Shown here one piece after another: positions 46,521 to 59,207 of a stretch of 63,966 nucleotides of DNA. The DNA lies in assembly GCA_900088475.1 (NCBI GenBank), contig FLMG01000725.1, positions 11,030-74,995 on the forward strand, written 5' to 3'. The position numbers were made by a program, and so were the translations under genes. This DNA is from Hyphochytrium catenoides. Its lineage: Eukaryota; Protista; Hyphochytriomycota. The notes under the pieces are model-generated. The model had not been told where the DNA came from. It searched no databases and saw only the letters and a program-made list of their open reading frames with translations. Positions within the stretch are counted from its first letter, which is position 1. Each line of letters begins with the position of its first letter.

Positions 46521-49500
46521 AAAAGTGAAGGCTTTGGCTACAGTTCATCTTAGCAGCATGAACGCAAAAAGGGCTATGATGGTGCGGCCAAAAGAAAGGC
46601 ACCATACATGAAGCTCATGTATGAGAGAGTAGAATGGTAGAAAGAGCAAGCTGACACTGCGTAGAAAGAACAACTGACGATGATGCAATGAAAGGCTTAG
46701 ACGAAGGAAGCGACTAACAAAGCCGCTAGCAAAGATACTACTCCAAAAGCGATCCAGCCCCGGTGGTGGGTGCTGGTCATCAGTAGGAATCGAATATTGG
46801 TGGAAGCACCACAGCAAAAATGGGAGGCTTATCACTGATCTGGCCATATTGCGCAGAAAGGTGTCGGACAGGGCTTACTACTGCTAGTAGGTCCACCACC
46901 AAGCGGAGAGCAGTATGATAACTTGTAATCGAAGAAGTCCTTGAACCTTAATTAACTACATGGGCAGCGACAGGTCAAGGAGAAATTGGTTAAGATCAAT
47001 GATAGGATCATACTCATCTTTGCCAATATCGTGACAAGAAAAACGGTGCGAACATCAGCTGCTGTATGTTCCTCCCAAAGACACCTTTTTCCCGCCACAA
47101 GCCCAAGCACGCCACAATGCTCTGTGGGCAACAACTTAGACATTCCTTATCTGCTTAACGGGCCACCCGCTGGACAACAGTTGATTAGAGCCCTATAAAG
47201 TCTTTGATGTGATGGCAGAGAAGCCTAACACCTGCACGCACCGAAGAAGGTGTGTGTATGGTGCCCTGGGTGAGAACCGTCGACCAAATATTCACCGTGA
47301 TTCCTCTATCTTTGCCAGCTTTGCACTGAACTCGGGGAGAGTAAGAGGCAGAGGAAGGATTAGCTCTCCTGCTAGCACAAGGAGAGGGAGACGTGTGAGT
47401 TTTTCCTCTCTCTCGCCATGGTCTCTCTCCCTCTCTGCCCGTAGGGTAAGTTCTATCACCTTCGATACACCCTGCAGGTCTATGGCAACCATCTGAATGG
47501 AGCTGGACGACGGAGAGAGAGAGAGAAGAGGAGGGAAAGAGGAGAAGGTGGACGGAGACTCCTTCGGTGCCTCACACGAGAGAGAGAAGAGTGGGGCAGA
47601 CCTGACATTTGTCAGGTGCAGCTGGATCTTGACAGTGTCGTCCGCAGACTACTCGATTTTCCATTACCCTCCCTTCGCTATTTTCTTCCTTACTCTGTCT
47701 AAAAGCAGATAAAGCTCATATGCCTTGCTTTTTGAAAGACACTAGCCCTAGGTAGCCTGGGAGTGCGTCAGACACTCTTCCTTCTCTTTCCTGATTTCTC
47801 TCTCCCTTCCCTTTCCTCATAGTTACACTCTCGAAAGTACTCCGTCCGTATGGCGGTAGAGCGTACGTAACGTTGCTACGGCTGCATAGCGTTTTTCTGA
47901 AGAAGATCAGATTTTTCTTTTAGCATCGTTAGCGAAAAAATCTACAGCTGAGTTCCCCAGCTACAAAGGGAGAGTGGGAGGGACGAGATAGATGAGAGGC
48001 ATCAAGACCATGATCATCTTATGAGGTGGGCCCTTTTTACGATCGACCGACCTACTGAGTCTTCTTTTACTTTATCAAGCACCACCTGATAAGACTGCGA
48101 TTGGCGGACCTTTGTTTAAAGAACAAGCAGTAGTGGATGAAGTGAGGCCGACACACTTAGCCTCTTAACGCGCTCTATAGTTACAAGGCAAGGCACAGTA
48201 GTAAGAGGCAGATTAGCGGCTCTTGCTGAGAACAAAAAGAAGAACGGGGTGACGATGGAGAGACGCTGCTGAGGCAGCAGAGCCTTTGCCCCAATGATGC
48301 GAGTAAAGAGACTACTAGGGGAGAGCAAAACCAGCAGGTTTACCAAGAATAGCAAACGTCATTAGGACAGCAGCAGTAGCAATAACAATAAAGGGAAACG
48401 AAGGAAGAGAATCATGCTCGAAGAGAGAATAATACACCAGAAGGAGTTAGAGGAAGGGAAAACGGAAGAATATTCTCTGTACAGACGTTATAATGGCCTC
48501 GGCCTCCCAGTTATCCTGCGATAAATGAGAGTAGATAAAGAGAAGTATCATTCAAGAACTGCTGTTTGGAGAACGAGTAGCTCTGGAAAAGTGCACCACG
48601 ACTACCAGAGAGAGAGAAATGACAGGAGAGAATTAGCAGGACAAAACAGAAATGCTTTCTAAGAAGAAAACAGGGCGATGCGGGCTACTGATATAAGTCT
48701 TTTTTCCGCGCGGTGAACAGTTAGAAAAGGTCCCGCAAGAGACAGATTGGGAGTTTATGGCTATTATGAGAAAAAGTAAGAAGGACGAGGTCACAAGAAA
48801 AGAGAGGTGCAGAGACTTATTTCCTCTTTGACTCTTCTTTCCTTCTTGTTTTGAGAGTTTGACTGAGTTTCTACCCCTGTCCATGACTATAGGAAGGCAG
48901 AAGAAGCAGAAGAAGTGAACCAAGAAGGATAATAGCAGAGGAGGAGAAGGAGAAATAGTACTTTAAAGACTACTCAACATAGAAGAGAATAAGGAAGAAC
49001 GAGAACGGAGAACTTGCGAAGTAACAAGGAACGGAAAAAAAAAAGCGGTAGAAGTCAAGGGCAAAGAAACCTTGGGATCATTTACTCTCTCCAGCCATAA
49101 GAATGGAAGAAGAAGAAGGAGAGGCAGCAAAATCGTCATCACTGTTTGCTAGAAGGGGGAAGGATGGCCCAGCCACTGCGGAGGAGGATTGGCCCTTATT
49201 CCTGAAGCGCATTGTTCTCATGAATAGGCAACGAACTATTGGCGTTTGAGGGCCTCCTCGAGCGACGAATTAAAGACCTATGCTAGTAAGCACCAAGCCA
49301 AAGGTGAAGCACCAAGCAAAACGTAATCACATTATAACTTGACGTGACATGCCGCTGGACCGATCCAGAACGAGGTTCATAGTGCAGTCAGCAGCCCAGA
49401 TGGATTGGTGCCCCGTCGGCTTGGGGACGCTGTGGAGAGACGCGAAGTAGATGATGGATCCTAGCCAAGTCTGGTCAACCGTGAAAGAGGCAATAAGATG

Positions 49501-51899
49501 AGTTGGGAGTAATGAGCACTAGGTAAGTCCAATATAATGGGTGGTCCGTCATTCAAGTGAGAGAGAAGAACAGCTGCAGTAGCAACAAATAGACAAAAAG
49601 AGTGCATGTGCGCACCTACAACGAGCCTCCTCATCAACTGAGAGACAGCAGCAGTCGCTTGAGCTCGGACTTGCTTACCAAGCTTAAGGATGTAGCTTTT
49701 GTGGGCTGTTTAGGACAAATAGAGCTTGGGCATTGCTTAGGTGCAAAGTGCAGAGGCAATGATGTCAGACTCACTGGGACCCAGTGCCAGAGCTGCAGAT
49801 AGCACAGGACGGAGGAGAGGGTCATCCTGCTGAACGTGGCAAGAGCTCCAGCTGAGCACATCCCTAATAGAAGTATGACTTTGGATGATGAAGTACCTGA
49901 CCTGAGCGGGAAGTAAGGCGAAAAGCTGCGCAGGTATGCCGTCAAGGATGGCAGAATTTCTACTAGTGCTTGAACAAGAAGAGGAAGGTGACATGGGAAA
50001 GAAAAGGGAGCTCTCTTCAACTAATGTCCCCTATTACTCCGCAAATGAAAGATCCGACAGCAGGTGGATTTCTTTATTAAAGCTGACAGCTAGAAAGGAA
50101 AAATATACCATAGTAGGCAGGGGAGGGGAAATATGGTATTGACGAGGGTGAGTCTTCCGCTTCGGCTGGGCTGGCTTCAGCTCAGGCAAAGCTTCGCTAA
50201 GGAAAATTTCTAAGGCGATTCTAAGGACTTTTCTTAGATCGAACTTTATGGACTGATTAGGTAGCGAGGAGAGCGAAAGAGGGAGAGGAGGGATAGAACT
50301 AAAGATGAGAGCAGTGCTCAAACAATAGGCAACCGCTGGCCCAGGAGACTCGGACTACCCATCATCGTCGGCTAGTTCCGCCTTCCGGCCGCGGCGCCCC
50401 ATCCAAGGCCTTCTCTTTAATCACTTCGTGGCCCCACCGCTCGCTCCAAGAGATAAAGCGGCGAGGTCAGAGGAGTATATGGTACTCCTACATGGAGTAT
50501 TACACATATGACAGCAAACCAAGAGGAGAGGAAAATAGGAGCACAAGGAGTAGAGGTAAGAAAGACCAGCCTTGGGGCCAGGTAAGGCCGTGGAGTCGCT
50601 TCCACTCTTCGACAAAACATTAGACAGAGCACCACGAGAGGAATTCTTGGAGGAGTAACAGGAGAAAAAATGCGACGAGAAGGATAGACGGGACTTCTCA
50701 CCCATTGTTGCCAGGGACGAAAAGATCTTGTTCGACTTTATGGGCAGCTTTGCAAGCTCCCTTAGCAACGAAAACAAGGGGAATACCTGGGACCGTGATG
50801 CCTCGATAAAAAAGTCAATGTGTGGGCCGCAGTGCCTGCAGACACCGGTGTTCACTTCTCTAACTTAGACAGCTACACAGAGGAGTTAATAGGTCGAACT
50901 GAGCTATTCAGACCCACTCTTGACACTCTTTCGGCTGGGAATGAAGGTGTGCGGGTGATTGGAAAGGTCTACCGAGGAGTCATATATCCGATTTGAGGTT
51001 CGCATAACAGTACAGAGTGATGCCGATCCTCCTTTAACAACGCGTGGATGTAATATAAGGAAATACACTATGGCGGGTCTTGAAGGAGAGTGAGAAGTGC
51101 TTTATCCCTAGTACCGTGGCTGGCCAAGCCTCAGTTTAGACGAGCACCACGCAGAGGAAGAGTTTGCAGGAACGCGTGCAGGTACAGAATGCCTTCTACT
51201 TCAGAGAGAATGATTAACCAAACTATAGAGGGTAAGATGGTGAGGAGTCTGCCGATGGACAGTCACTCTACCTCATAGCGGAACGATGGAAGTCGAAACA
51301 TGCACGAGAGGTTGGATCAACAGGCTACCCTAAAAACATGAAAAGAGGAAGAGAACAGAAAGGGATAAGAAAGAGAAAGAAGTCCTCGTCAGAGCCATCA
51401 TCCGTTGCCTGCTCTACTCACGTCAGGACTACCCCTCTTGAGCGTGGTACTCCCTCTCTAATAGAAGAAGAGCCCACATCTCATGCACTGGCCGATTTGT
51501 ATCCAGCGCGCGTCCCGGTGGTTAGCAGCGGTCAGAGGAGGAAGTACACCACCTATAACAGTGGACCAGGGTCTATCTCCCATGAAATGTCTTTCTGTTG
51601 CTTCATTGCTGCTGACCGATCCAGGCAGCAGTGACCTGGAAGCGTAAATTACTTCGCCAATGGAGAGAGTGTCTTACGGGGAGGAGCCACCACCGAAACT
51701 CCCCGCCTCTCTCCTTCTCTCTCCCGTTCTCTCTCCCCCTTCCCGTCTCACCTTATTTTTAGGTACTATTAGTAGCTTGGACTCCGGCCACTATTCTTCT
51801 ACCGCTACTTTTTTGGTCGGTTTCTCTTTCTTTCTACCGACAAGTTAGCTACCTATTACCGTTTTCCTTGTTAACCACCTTCCTTGCTGATCCTCCATG

Positions 51900-52055
51900 G
51901 CTCTCTCTCNNNNNNNNNNNNNNNNNNNNNNNNNNNNNNNNNNNNNNNNNNNNNNNNNTCCCCCTCTTTTTTTTTGTTCTCTCTCCCTCTCTCTCTCTCG
52001 CCCCCTCTCTTTTGTTCTCTCTCTCTCTCTCTCTCTCTGTGTGTTGTGTGTGTGC
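51900..52055. repeat. (CT)n/(GT)n microsatellite spanning assembly gap 51910-51958
   Basis: Directly visible. Confidence 0.9.
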
Positions 52056-53023
52056 ATCTGAGATGTATGCCTACCCTCAGCGCTTGCGTTACGTTCGTCT
52101 TACTTTGATCCCGCTTCTCTTCTCTTTTTTGATGTTCTCCCTTCGATTTTCTTACCTCTACCACCGGCAGCAGGCGGCCCATCATCTCTACGGACGACAC
52201 GAGTGATGATCACACACAGCGAAGCAGCAGCGCTCGATAAGAAAGCGAAGCCTTGGCTCATCGGCAGGAGGCATGAGAGGGATGCCGGAAGGAGATGAAC
52301 CGCTGAGAGTTGTCCAAGAAGATCATCCCCGAGGCCATTATCATGATGCAAAAAATGGATTGGCCGAAGTTTATCGACCATAGCAGAGAGTTCTCAAGGT
52401 GCTGTGTCCCTGAAATGGACTCACTCTCCTACTGCCTAACAATTGCGAGAGGAGAACTGTTTAAAGGCCAAGTGGAGGACGGAGGAGAGAAAGAAACCGA
52501 GACAGAGGAAAATTCAGAGACAGTGTCGTCCTCTGTTTCAAAACGAGGAAGAATAGAGAAAAGGCTCTATCTACTGAGTAGTGATTAGGCTAAGATCCTG
52601 GCTCTTGATTAGAGGACAGTAAGCAGCGACGCAGCTGATAATAGCAGCCAACAAAGCGCCTTCTCATTGCACTGCCCCACGCCGTTACGTTATCACTGAA
52701 TATCTCACGCGCAGCAGCCTCGGCAAGCAGTAGCGATGATAAGACGACAGCGGAAGAAGGAGTGCAGCACTGCCTGAAGTAGCCTACGCGTGTTGATACG
52801 ATAGAGAACAGCCAAGAGGCGACAGCGATCTCCTGACTGCTGTCACTCCATGAACATGATGGTTGAGTCACTGTTGTTGCTCCATTAGCAGGGATCTAGC
52901 AGTCCGTGGAGATCTAGTAGGGGATAAGCGAAAGAAGAGAGGCGCATTATGTCTCCCAAGAAAGAGAGAGAAAATTTTAATCATTCAACACTGACATCAT
53001 ATAGCCTCTTATCCGGTATCTCT

Positions 53024-54030
53024 TTATAGCAATCGCCCATGAGAAGGGCGGCTTGAAGGACAAGAGAAGAAGGAGAAAGGACTGAACTCTGCGTTAAAGT
53101 CTGACCAGCATCCATCGTAGGGAGAGTCCAGGAACTCGAAACACTTCGTATCATGTGCAGACAGCTGGCTCATCGTGTTCAGCATTACGCTGAACGACGT
53201 GCTAACGTCTGCCTTTACGGATTCAACTCTCATGGCGGCGACCTTGCCCATGGTAGGCTGTAGATATTCGAGAGACACGTCAGGTTGTGGCTTGCGATAG
53301 TCCTCAGGAATGCCTTTTTCAGCTAGAGATGCTCTGGCGTACTCCAGAAGAGAAGTCTTCTCATCGCGACCTACCACATTGAGGAGGAACGCCGCTTCTG
53401 CATGAGCGAGGGACTGCTGGAAGGCCCCGAAGGTCAAGGTTGGATTGCTCCTGATGGATTCTGCCTCACGAGCTCGGCGGAAGTGACCTACTTCTTGGAC
53501 ATCAATACCTCCGTCATCTTTAGCGTAGGCCAGCATATCCTCGACCAAGGTCTTGTTGATATAGTGAGGTTCAGAACCAATTTAGTCGCCATTATGGACT
53601 AATGAAATATCGTGCTCGATGCGGTTGTGCTTGCTACTGTCTGCCAGAGTGAACTTTAAAGCCCAAGAAGGAATCAACCGCGAACTTCGTGGCCGTAACT
53701 AGTTGCTTGGCGAAGCCATTGCTGGGGCGGAATACTCGTTGACTGCCCGAGAGAGCTAGGCAATGCTCCTCCTTCGCCGCTTCTGGGAAGGTATCTGTGA
53801 TTGGCCAGGGCTTTGAGCGCAGGGCAAGGACTTCGCTTGACAGAAGCTGATGTCCCTGGTTCGGCTGAGGCATCTCTAGTGGGGCGAAAGTACTCTCCCA
53901 CCGGCAGCTGCTTTCCGAAACCGGGCTCGGGACTCCCTTCTTGAGAGAAGGCGCGGCTACCTGGCGCGGCGGTAGACGATGAGATAAGGGCACACAGCGC
54001 CATGACCACGAAGCGCGACAGGAAGGTCAT
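53024..54030 (-). pseudogene. Heme-thiolate peroxidase (chloroperoxidase/peroxygenase, Peroxidase_2) pseudogene
   Basis: Signal peptide, then RSPCPALKALANHRYLPRSG (PCP heme ligand motif). Two frameshifts follow, then FTLADSSKHNRIEHDISLVH, an in-frame TAA at 53584-53582, and R..ES...NPTLTFG...AHAEAAFLL. Confidence 0.85.
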
Positions 54031-55160
54031 GGTAGATAGTTTCTGATGCTAAGAAGAGACGTGCTTCTTGTCTGATCCCAGGAGAATAGTAGCGGCGAAG
54101 GTGGCGTAGATCTACCGCACAAGAAATGATAAAGGCAAACGATGATGCCCCCGCTCGATGATGAGGTCAGCGACATGTTCCCTTGTTGAGCGGCGCTTCA
54201 AGAAGCACCTTACGACGACAGACCCCATCGCCTGCCGATCGTAGGTCACAGGTCTTGGCTCCAGGCTGCTTGCACTTACACCGATCCTCCGCCATCAGAT
54301 ATAATGTAGATCTCTAAAGATGGAGTCGGGCTGCAGCATCATAGCAGGTAGGCGTATAGTCTAGACAGGAGAGTATCATAGCTTAGGAAGCAGAGCTCAG
54401 AGCCAGAGTCGTACCTCTTGTCTCTCACATTGCAGGGGATCAGGTGGAGCTCTCACGATTGGCTGACAATCACTTCCTTCTAAGCAAGAGAGAGCTTGGC
54501 TGATGTGCGATCTCCTCTTTATGTTTTGCTATCCCGGTCAGTGCCAATCAAGGCACATCTATCATAAAGGCAGAAAAAGTGACACCGCTCCTTCACGCAG
54601 GTCCTCTGACCCCTCAGGCCCACGTCTACCTAAGATGAAGAGTAGCGGCGACTATGATTGAGACACATAAGTAGTTAACTGCGCTATGATGGCAACAGGT
54701 GGCAGCCGCAGTGAGCAAAAAAGAAGCTCATTAGCGACGAGCAAGAAGGGATCCCACAAACGAATCAAAGAAGCTCAGCGGCTGACGCAGGATCAGTACT
54801 GGCTGTCCGTCTCTGTTCCTCCGTCAGTGGAACTATGCAATGCGTCCACGGAAACAGCCAGAGCCAGGGAGAATGTAACGAGTACGGGGAGATGACGAAA
54901 GGCTTGATGGTTAATGGTTACGGCAGGTTCCTGCACAAGGACGGCTATTATTTGTCTAAGAAAGATGATGAGCCGTGGACAAGATTGGGACAGGTGCAGG
55001 CGAAAGCTCTCTTCACTATAGATTATTTACTAGCCACAAGATGGTGTCGATCGTGGCCTTAAAGATATAGGCCATCGGATCCCTACGTTGCGGCCCCCAG
55101 GTGCCGCACTCCCATATCCATCTTTTTGCCATGGTCAGACTCCAATGAGGTCAGTGGTTC

Positions 55161-58100
55161 CTACGTAGTTGGCCGGGCAGGTGGTACGACAGGCAGCCCT
55201 GAGGTCAGGTTGGTGGTCACCTGCGCCAGCTGAGCGTCTGTCAGCGCAAAATCAAAGAAGAAGAAGGCAGAGAGGTCGAAGGACGCTTCATTTGAAGACT
55301 GGGTCGACTGACCGATGTTCCAGGTCGACAGGCTTCGGTCTCTCAGAGGAGCTGAAGCCGTGACCGTGGCCAGGCTCACACCATTCTTATAGATTCTTGT
55401 CTGCCCGCTGCTGCGGTTGTACCGCGCCGCGAAGGTCGCCCAGTCGTTCTGGACAATGGCTCCGGTGCTGGTCTTACAGTCCGCAATCGTGGTGACTCCA
55501 TTGAAGAGGATGAACTGCAGCGCGCTGGTGCTGCCACTGCGTCTAAATGTCAAATTATCAGGCGATGCGGTAGTGGCCGTGCCAGCATCAAAAATGGTCT
55601 CAGAGGTGCCAACCGTGCTGCCTGTGAAGCGCAATAGCGCCACAATGGTCAGCCCACCGCTGAGAGGCAGCGCTGTGACGTTCAGGTCTCTTGAAGAAGC
55701 AAAGAATCGCTGTCTGGCGGTCCGAGCGAAGGAGATAAATGACCCATTCGGAAAGCCTCCCATGGACCTGAAGCGAGGCGCAGTGCTGACATTTGATGCA
55801 GAGGCAGCGTTGCTCCATTTCAAGACCGCAGAGTCATTACTCTGGCTGAGCTGCGAAGCTTGTAGATACAGGGGCTCAGTAGTGAAAGGAAGGACAGTGA
55901 CACTGCCTGGTGGTGCCGGAAGCACACGAGAGACGTTGATTGGAAGGTTGGCTGTGAGGTTGTGGGAGACTTGGGCCAGCTGGCTGTCGCTAAGGCAAAA
56001 GTCAAACATGTAGAAAGAGGTAATGTCCAACTGAGCCGTGCCAGGCACACCAATGGAAGCCTGTCCTGGTATCCGCCAGATGCTGACCGCTCTGTTGCTG
56101 AGTCCGGTCTCAACGCTGCCGACGCTCTGGCCATTCTTCAGCAGCTCCGCTCGACGCGTTGAGGCTGAGTAGCGGAACCCATAGACAGCCCAGATGCCTT
56201 CTTCTGTGACGCCAGCGGCACTGACAAGGCGGAAGTCCAGTTCTCCCGCAGCACTGTGTGCTTGGAAAGCGAGGTGATCGGAGGTGCCCTGACGGAAGAG
56301 AGTGATAGCGTTCCGGTTGTTATAAACTGAGTTCAAGGATCCCGAGAGTATCCGCTCGTCCTCGTTCGTGGCATTAACGAAGCGCATAAGCACCAGGATC
56401 GTCAGACCGTGACTCTCAGGGTAGATGGTCATCGATCCGGCGAAGAGGAATTGAGGAGGCGTGAAAGATATGTACGGCCTGTCGGACAGTCCGCCGCTTT
56501 TTATGTACCTTGGAGCACTTCCGCCGGCGGAGCCAAAGCTGTTGACCACTTTTCTAACGTTAGAGGAATTCGCAAGGCCCTCGTTAAGGAGTGTGGACGC
56601 CAGCATCATGCAGGGAAACCAAGTGATAGGAAGGGGCGTTGCAGGACCAGCGCCAGCAGCAGAGGTTGGAGCCGTGACGTTTAGACCCAACGAGAGGTTG
56701 GCAGTGATGGCCGCCAGCTGGCTGTTGGAAAGGACAAAGTCAAAGAAATAGAGGGACGCGATGTCCATTGACGCAAATCCTATGGGGATAGTGGTGGCTC
56801 GGCCGATAAAGAAGGCGCCGTACGGTCGCTGCGCGGACCGCGCCCATAATGAGGAAGACAGGCCCACAGATACGCCATTCTTGATGATCTCTAGGACTTC
56901 ACTGGGCCCTCCAAAGCTGCGAAGAGCGAAAACAGCCCATTCATTCTGGATGACAATGCCTGGAAAGCTGGTAACCCGGGCACCTTCATGGGTCGTAAAC
57001 TCCAGAGCTTCGGAGGCAGAATAGCGAGCCAGCTGCAAATGTTCGGCAAAAATCTTCTCGGCGGCGTTCAGCTGAAATATACGTTCACCGGGGCCAGGCG
57101 CCGCTGAGAAGCGGAGCAAGGCTACGACGCTGAACCCAAGGGTGCCAATAGAAAAGATGCGTGAGCTACCCAGTAGACAATGAGAGAGAGAGCGATCGAA
57201 GGAGACATAAGGGCCGTTGAGATACCCGCCACTGCTATAGAAGACGGGAGTTGATGCACTGGAAATGCTGCTCATCCTTTCCCAGGAAACAACAGCACTA
57301 CGGTTCTCTTGATTAGATTGCGCCAAGGCGGACGCGGATAGTTGGACGGCGGAAGAGTAGAACGGTGGTAGGATGGAGACAGTTGCTTCCGTTGAAAAGC
57401 TTAGAGAAGGATCTACCGGTAGACTGGCACTGAGATTGGAAGAGACCGCGAGCAACTGGCTGTTTGACAGCGCAAAGTCATAGACGTAGAAGGCCCCAAG
57501 ATCAAAAGTCCCATGGTTCTGCTGCACCGGGTGCGCTGACCCAAGCCTAAACCAGCCATTGGACACGTCAGTGGGCGCTGTGCGGCGCCCTGAGTATCCC
57601 ACACTGAGACCATCCTTAAGAATCTCGGCCCCTAATGTTACATTTGAATATCTCAGGGCAAAGACACTCCATTGATTGGGAACGATAGCGCCAGGTTCAC
57701 TGATGAGACTAAGAGATCGCGAGTACAGATTATCATAGTCAGAGGCGAGGTGGCTTGAGTTCTCATACCGTCGGAGGGCGATAGTCCAGTTCCACATTCT
57801 ACCAGGGACGCTGGTGCCAACGCTGAATAAATGTTCATCAAAGACAGGCGTACTCGAAGGAAAGCGCACGAGCATGAAGGCCGTGAAGCCGCTCTTGGAG
57901 GCGAGAGAGATATTCACAGTGGCCGCGCTCTCAAGAAACTGCTTATTCTGACTGTTGAAGGAAACGTAGGGGCAATTTCTATGGCCACCATTGGATCGGA
58001 AGAGCGGCTGCTGGGCAGTGACAGGCTGACTGAACTGGCCCCACACGGAGAGTCCAGAGTCATTGCCCTGAGAGGGCAGCAGTGAGGCCAAAGGGCACTG

Positions 58101-59207
58101 CGCAGGATCTGTTAGTGGAGTTTCAGCTGGCGGCGGGGTTGGAGAAGGCGCGGTAAACGCTTGTTCGGCGGGCGGGGTGAGGTACCATCCTCCCGTCTCA
58201 TCTACATCCGCTGGAGGAGGAGCCTGTTGTAAGGCGAGCTCGGGCGTTGGCTGTGGCGATGGCTGTGGAGTTGGCTGAGAAGTTGGCTCAAGTGATGGCT
58301 GCGGAGTTGGCTGTGGAGTTGGAAGCGGAGTTGGCTCAGAAGTTGGCTGCGGAGTTGGCTCTGGCGAGGGCTGCGGAGTGGGCTGCGGAGTTGTGTCAGA
58401 AGTTGGCTGCGGAGCTGGCTGAGAAGTTGGCTGTGGAGTTGGCTGCGGAGTTGGCTGAGGAGCTGGCTCTGATTGACCTGGGGGACTGTTGGATGCTCGG
58501 CAATTTCCGTCTGCTAGCAATGAAGATTGAACATTAACATTGGGGATGAAGGTGTGGGCCCACCGCATTCAGTCAGTCTTTTCTCATCATAAAGAAAGCA
58601 GAGAAACCGGGCGCTTACCGTTTGCTGAGGAGACAGGGACTGTGCGGGTGCAGATCCTATGACTTGCGCCTGTCAAATAGCTTGGTCTTTCGGTGCAGAC
58701 TATCCCGTTTGGATGGGCCTGATGAGCATTGCCGGCACTGTATCGTACTATATCTCTGTACGCAGCCTTCAAGTGGCTAGCAGAGAAGTGTCTTTTTCCA
58801 AAGCGCCACCCTCCACTGCCTATTTATAAAGTGTTAGACAGCGCAATCAAAGTTAAGGAGAGTATCAATCTTCTTTGTCCTGACAGAAGAATGATTTGGT
58901 AGGGCTGACCTGAAGGCTTCCAGCTAACAGCGGCGTTAGCTGTCGGTAAAGGCAGCTGGAAGAGTATGCTCCACCACGGAAGTGAAAGGTGAACCAGACT
59001 TTGTCTGAAGGAAGGTGGACAGTCCTCGTGCTCTGAGGTGCTCAGATTGCACAAAGAAAAAGGCACCAGAGACAAGTGCTGGAAGAAGCAGCAGTTTGCC
59101 AACAAAAGTAACGGAAGAACCAAGTAGAAGAGGCCGCAAGGTCTAATCTTTCCAAGTTTCCGTGTTAAGTGTTGACTGGCTACTTTCGATGGTGGTCTAG
59201 AGCCCAT
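55161..59207 (-). CDS. Large secreted/surface protein: PQPT stalk plus four tandem LamG/ConA-like jelly-roll domains (3 exons, about 1280 aa)
   Basis: Exons 59207-58910, 58819-58619 and 58513/58510-55161 (GT-AG, in frame). Hydrophobic N-terminal segment. Four units of about 230 aa share PxFxSxGG..PYVSF, G(F/L)TxxxLxRF, IVxNxWxxFAxRY, KNGxSVG and FYxFDFxLSxxQLxxVxxNL. Confidence 0.85.
58240..58470 (-). repeat. Coding 12-nt minisatellite (PQPT/SEPT repeats)
   Basis: GGCTG(C/T)GGAGTT-type units on the + strand encode the Pro/Thr/Gln stalk. Confidence 0.9.

Noticed and set aside
49330-51250. Possible multi-exon or degraded minus-strand gene
   Set aside because: No consistent splice model or recognisable motif.
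55169-58537. + strand ORFs overlapping the LamG gene (and similar antisense ORFs over other genes)
   Set aside because: They are antisense shadows of the real CDS.
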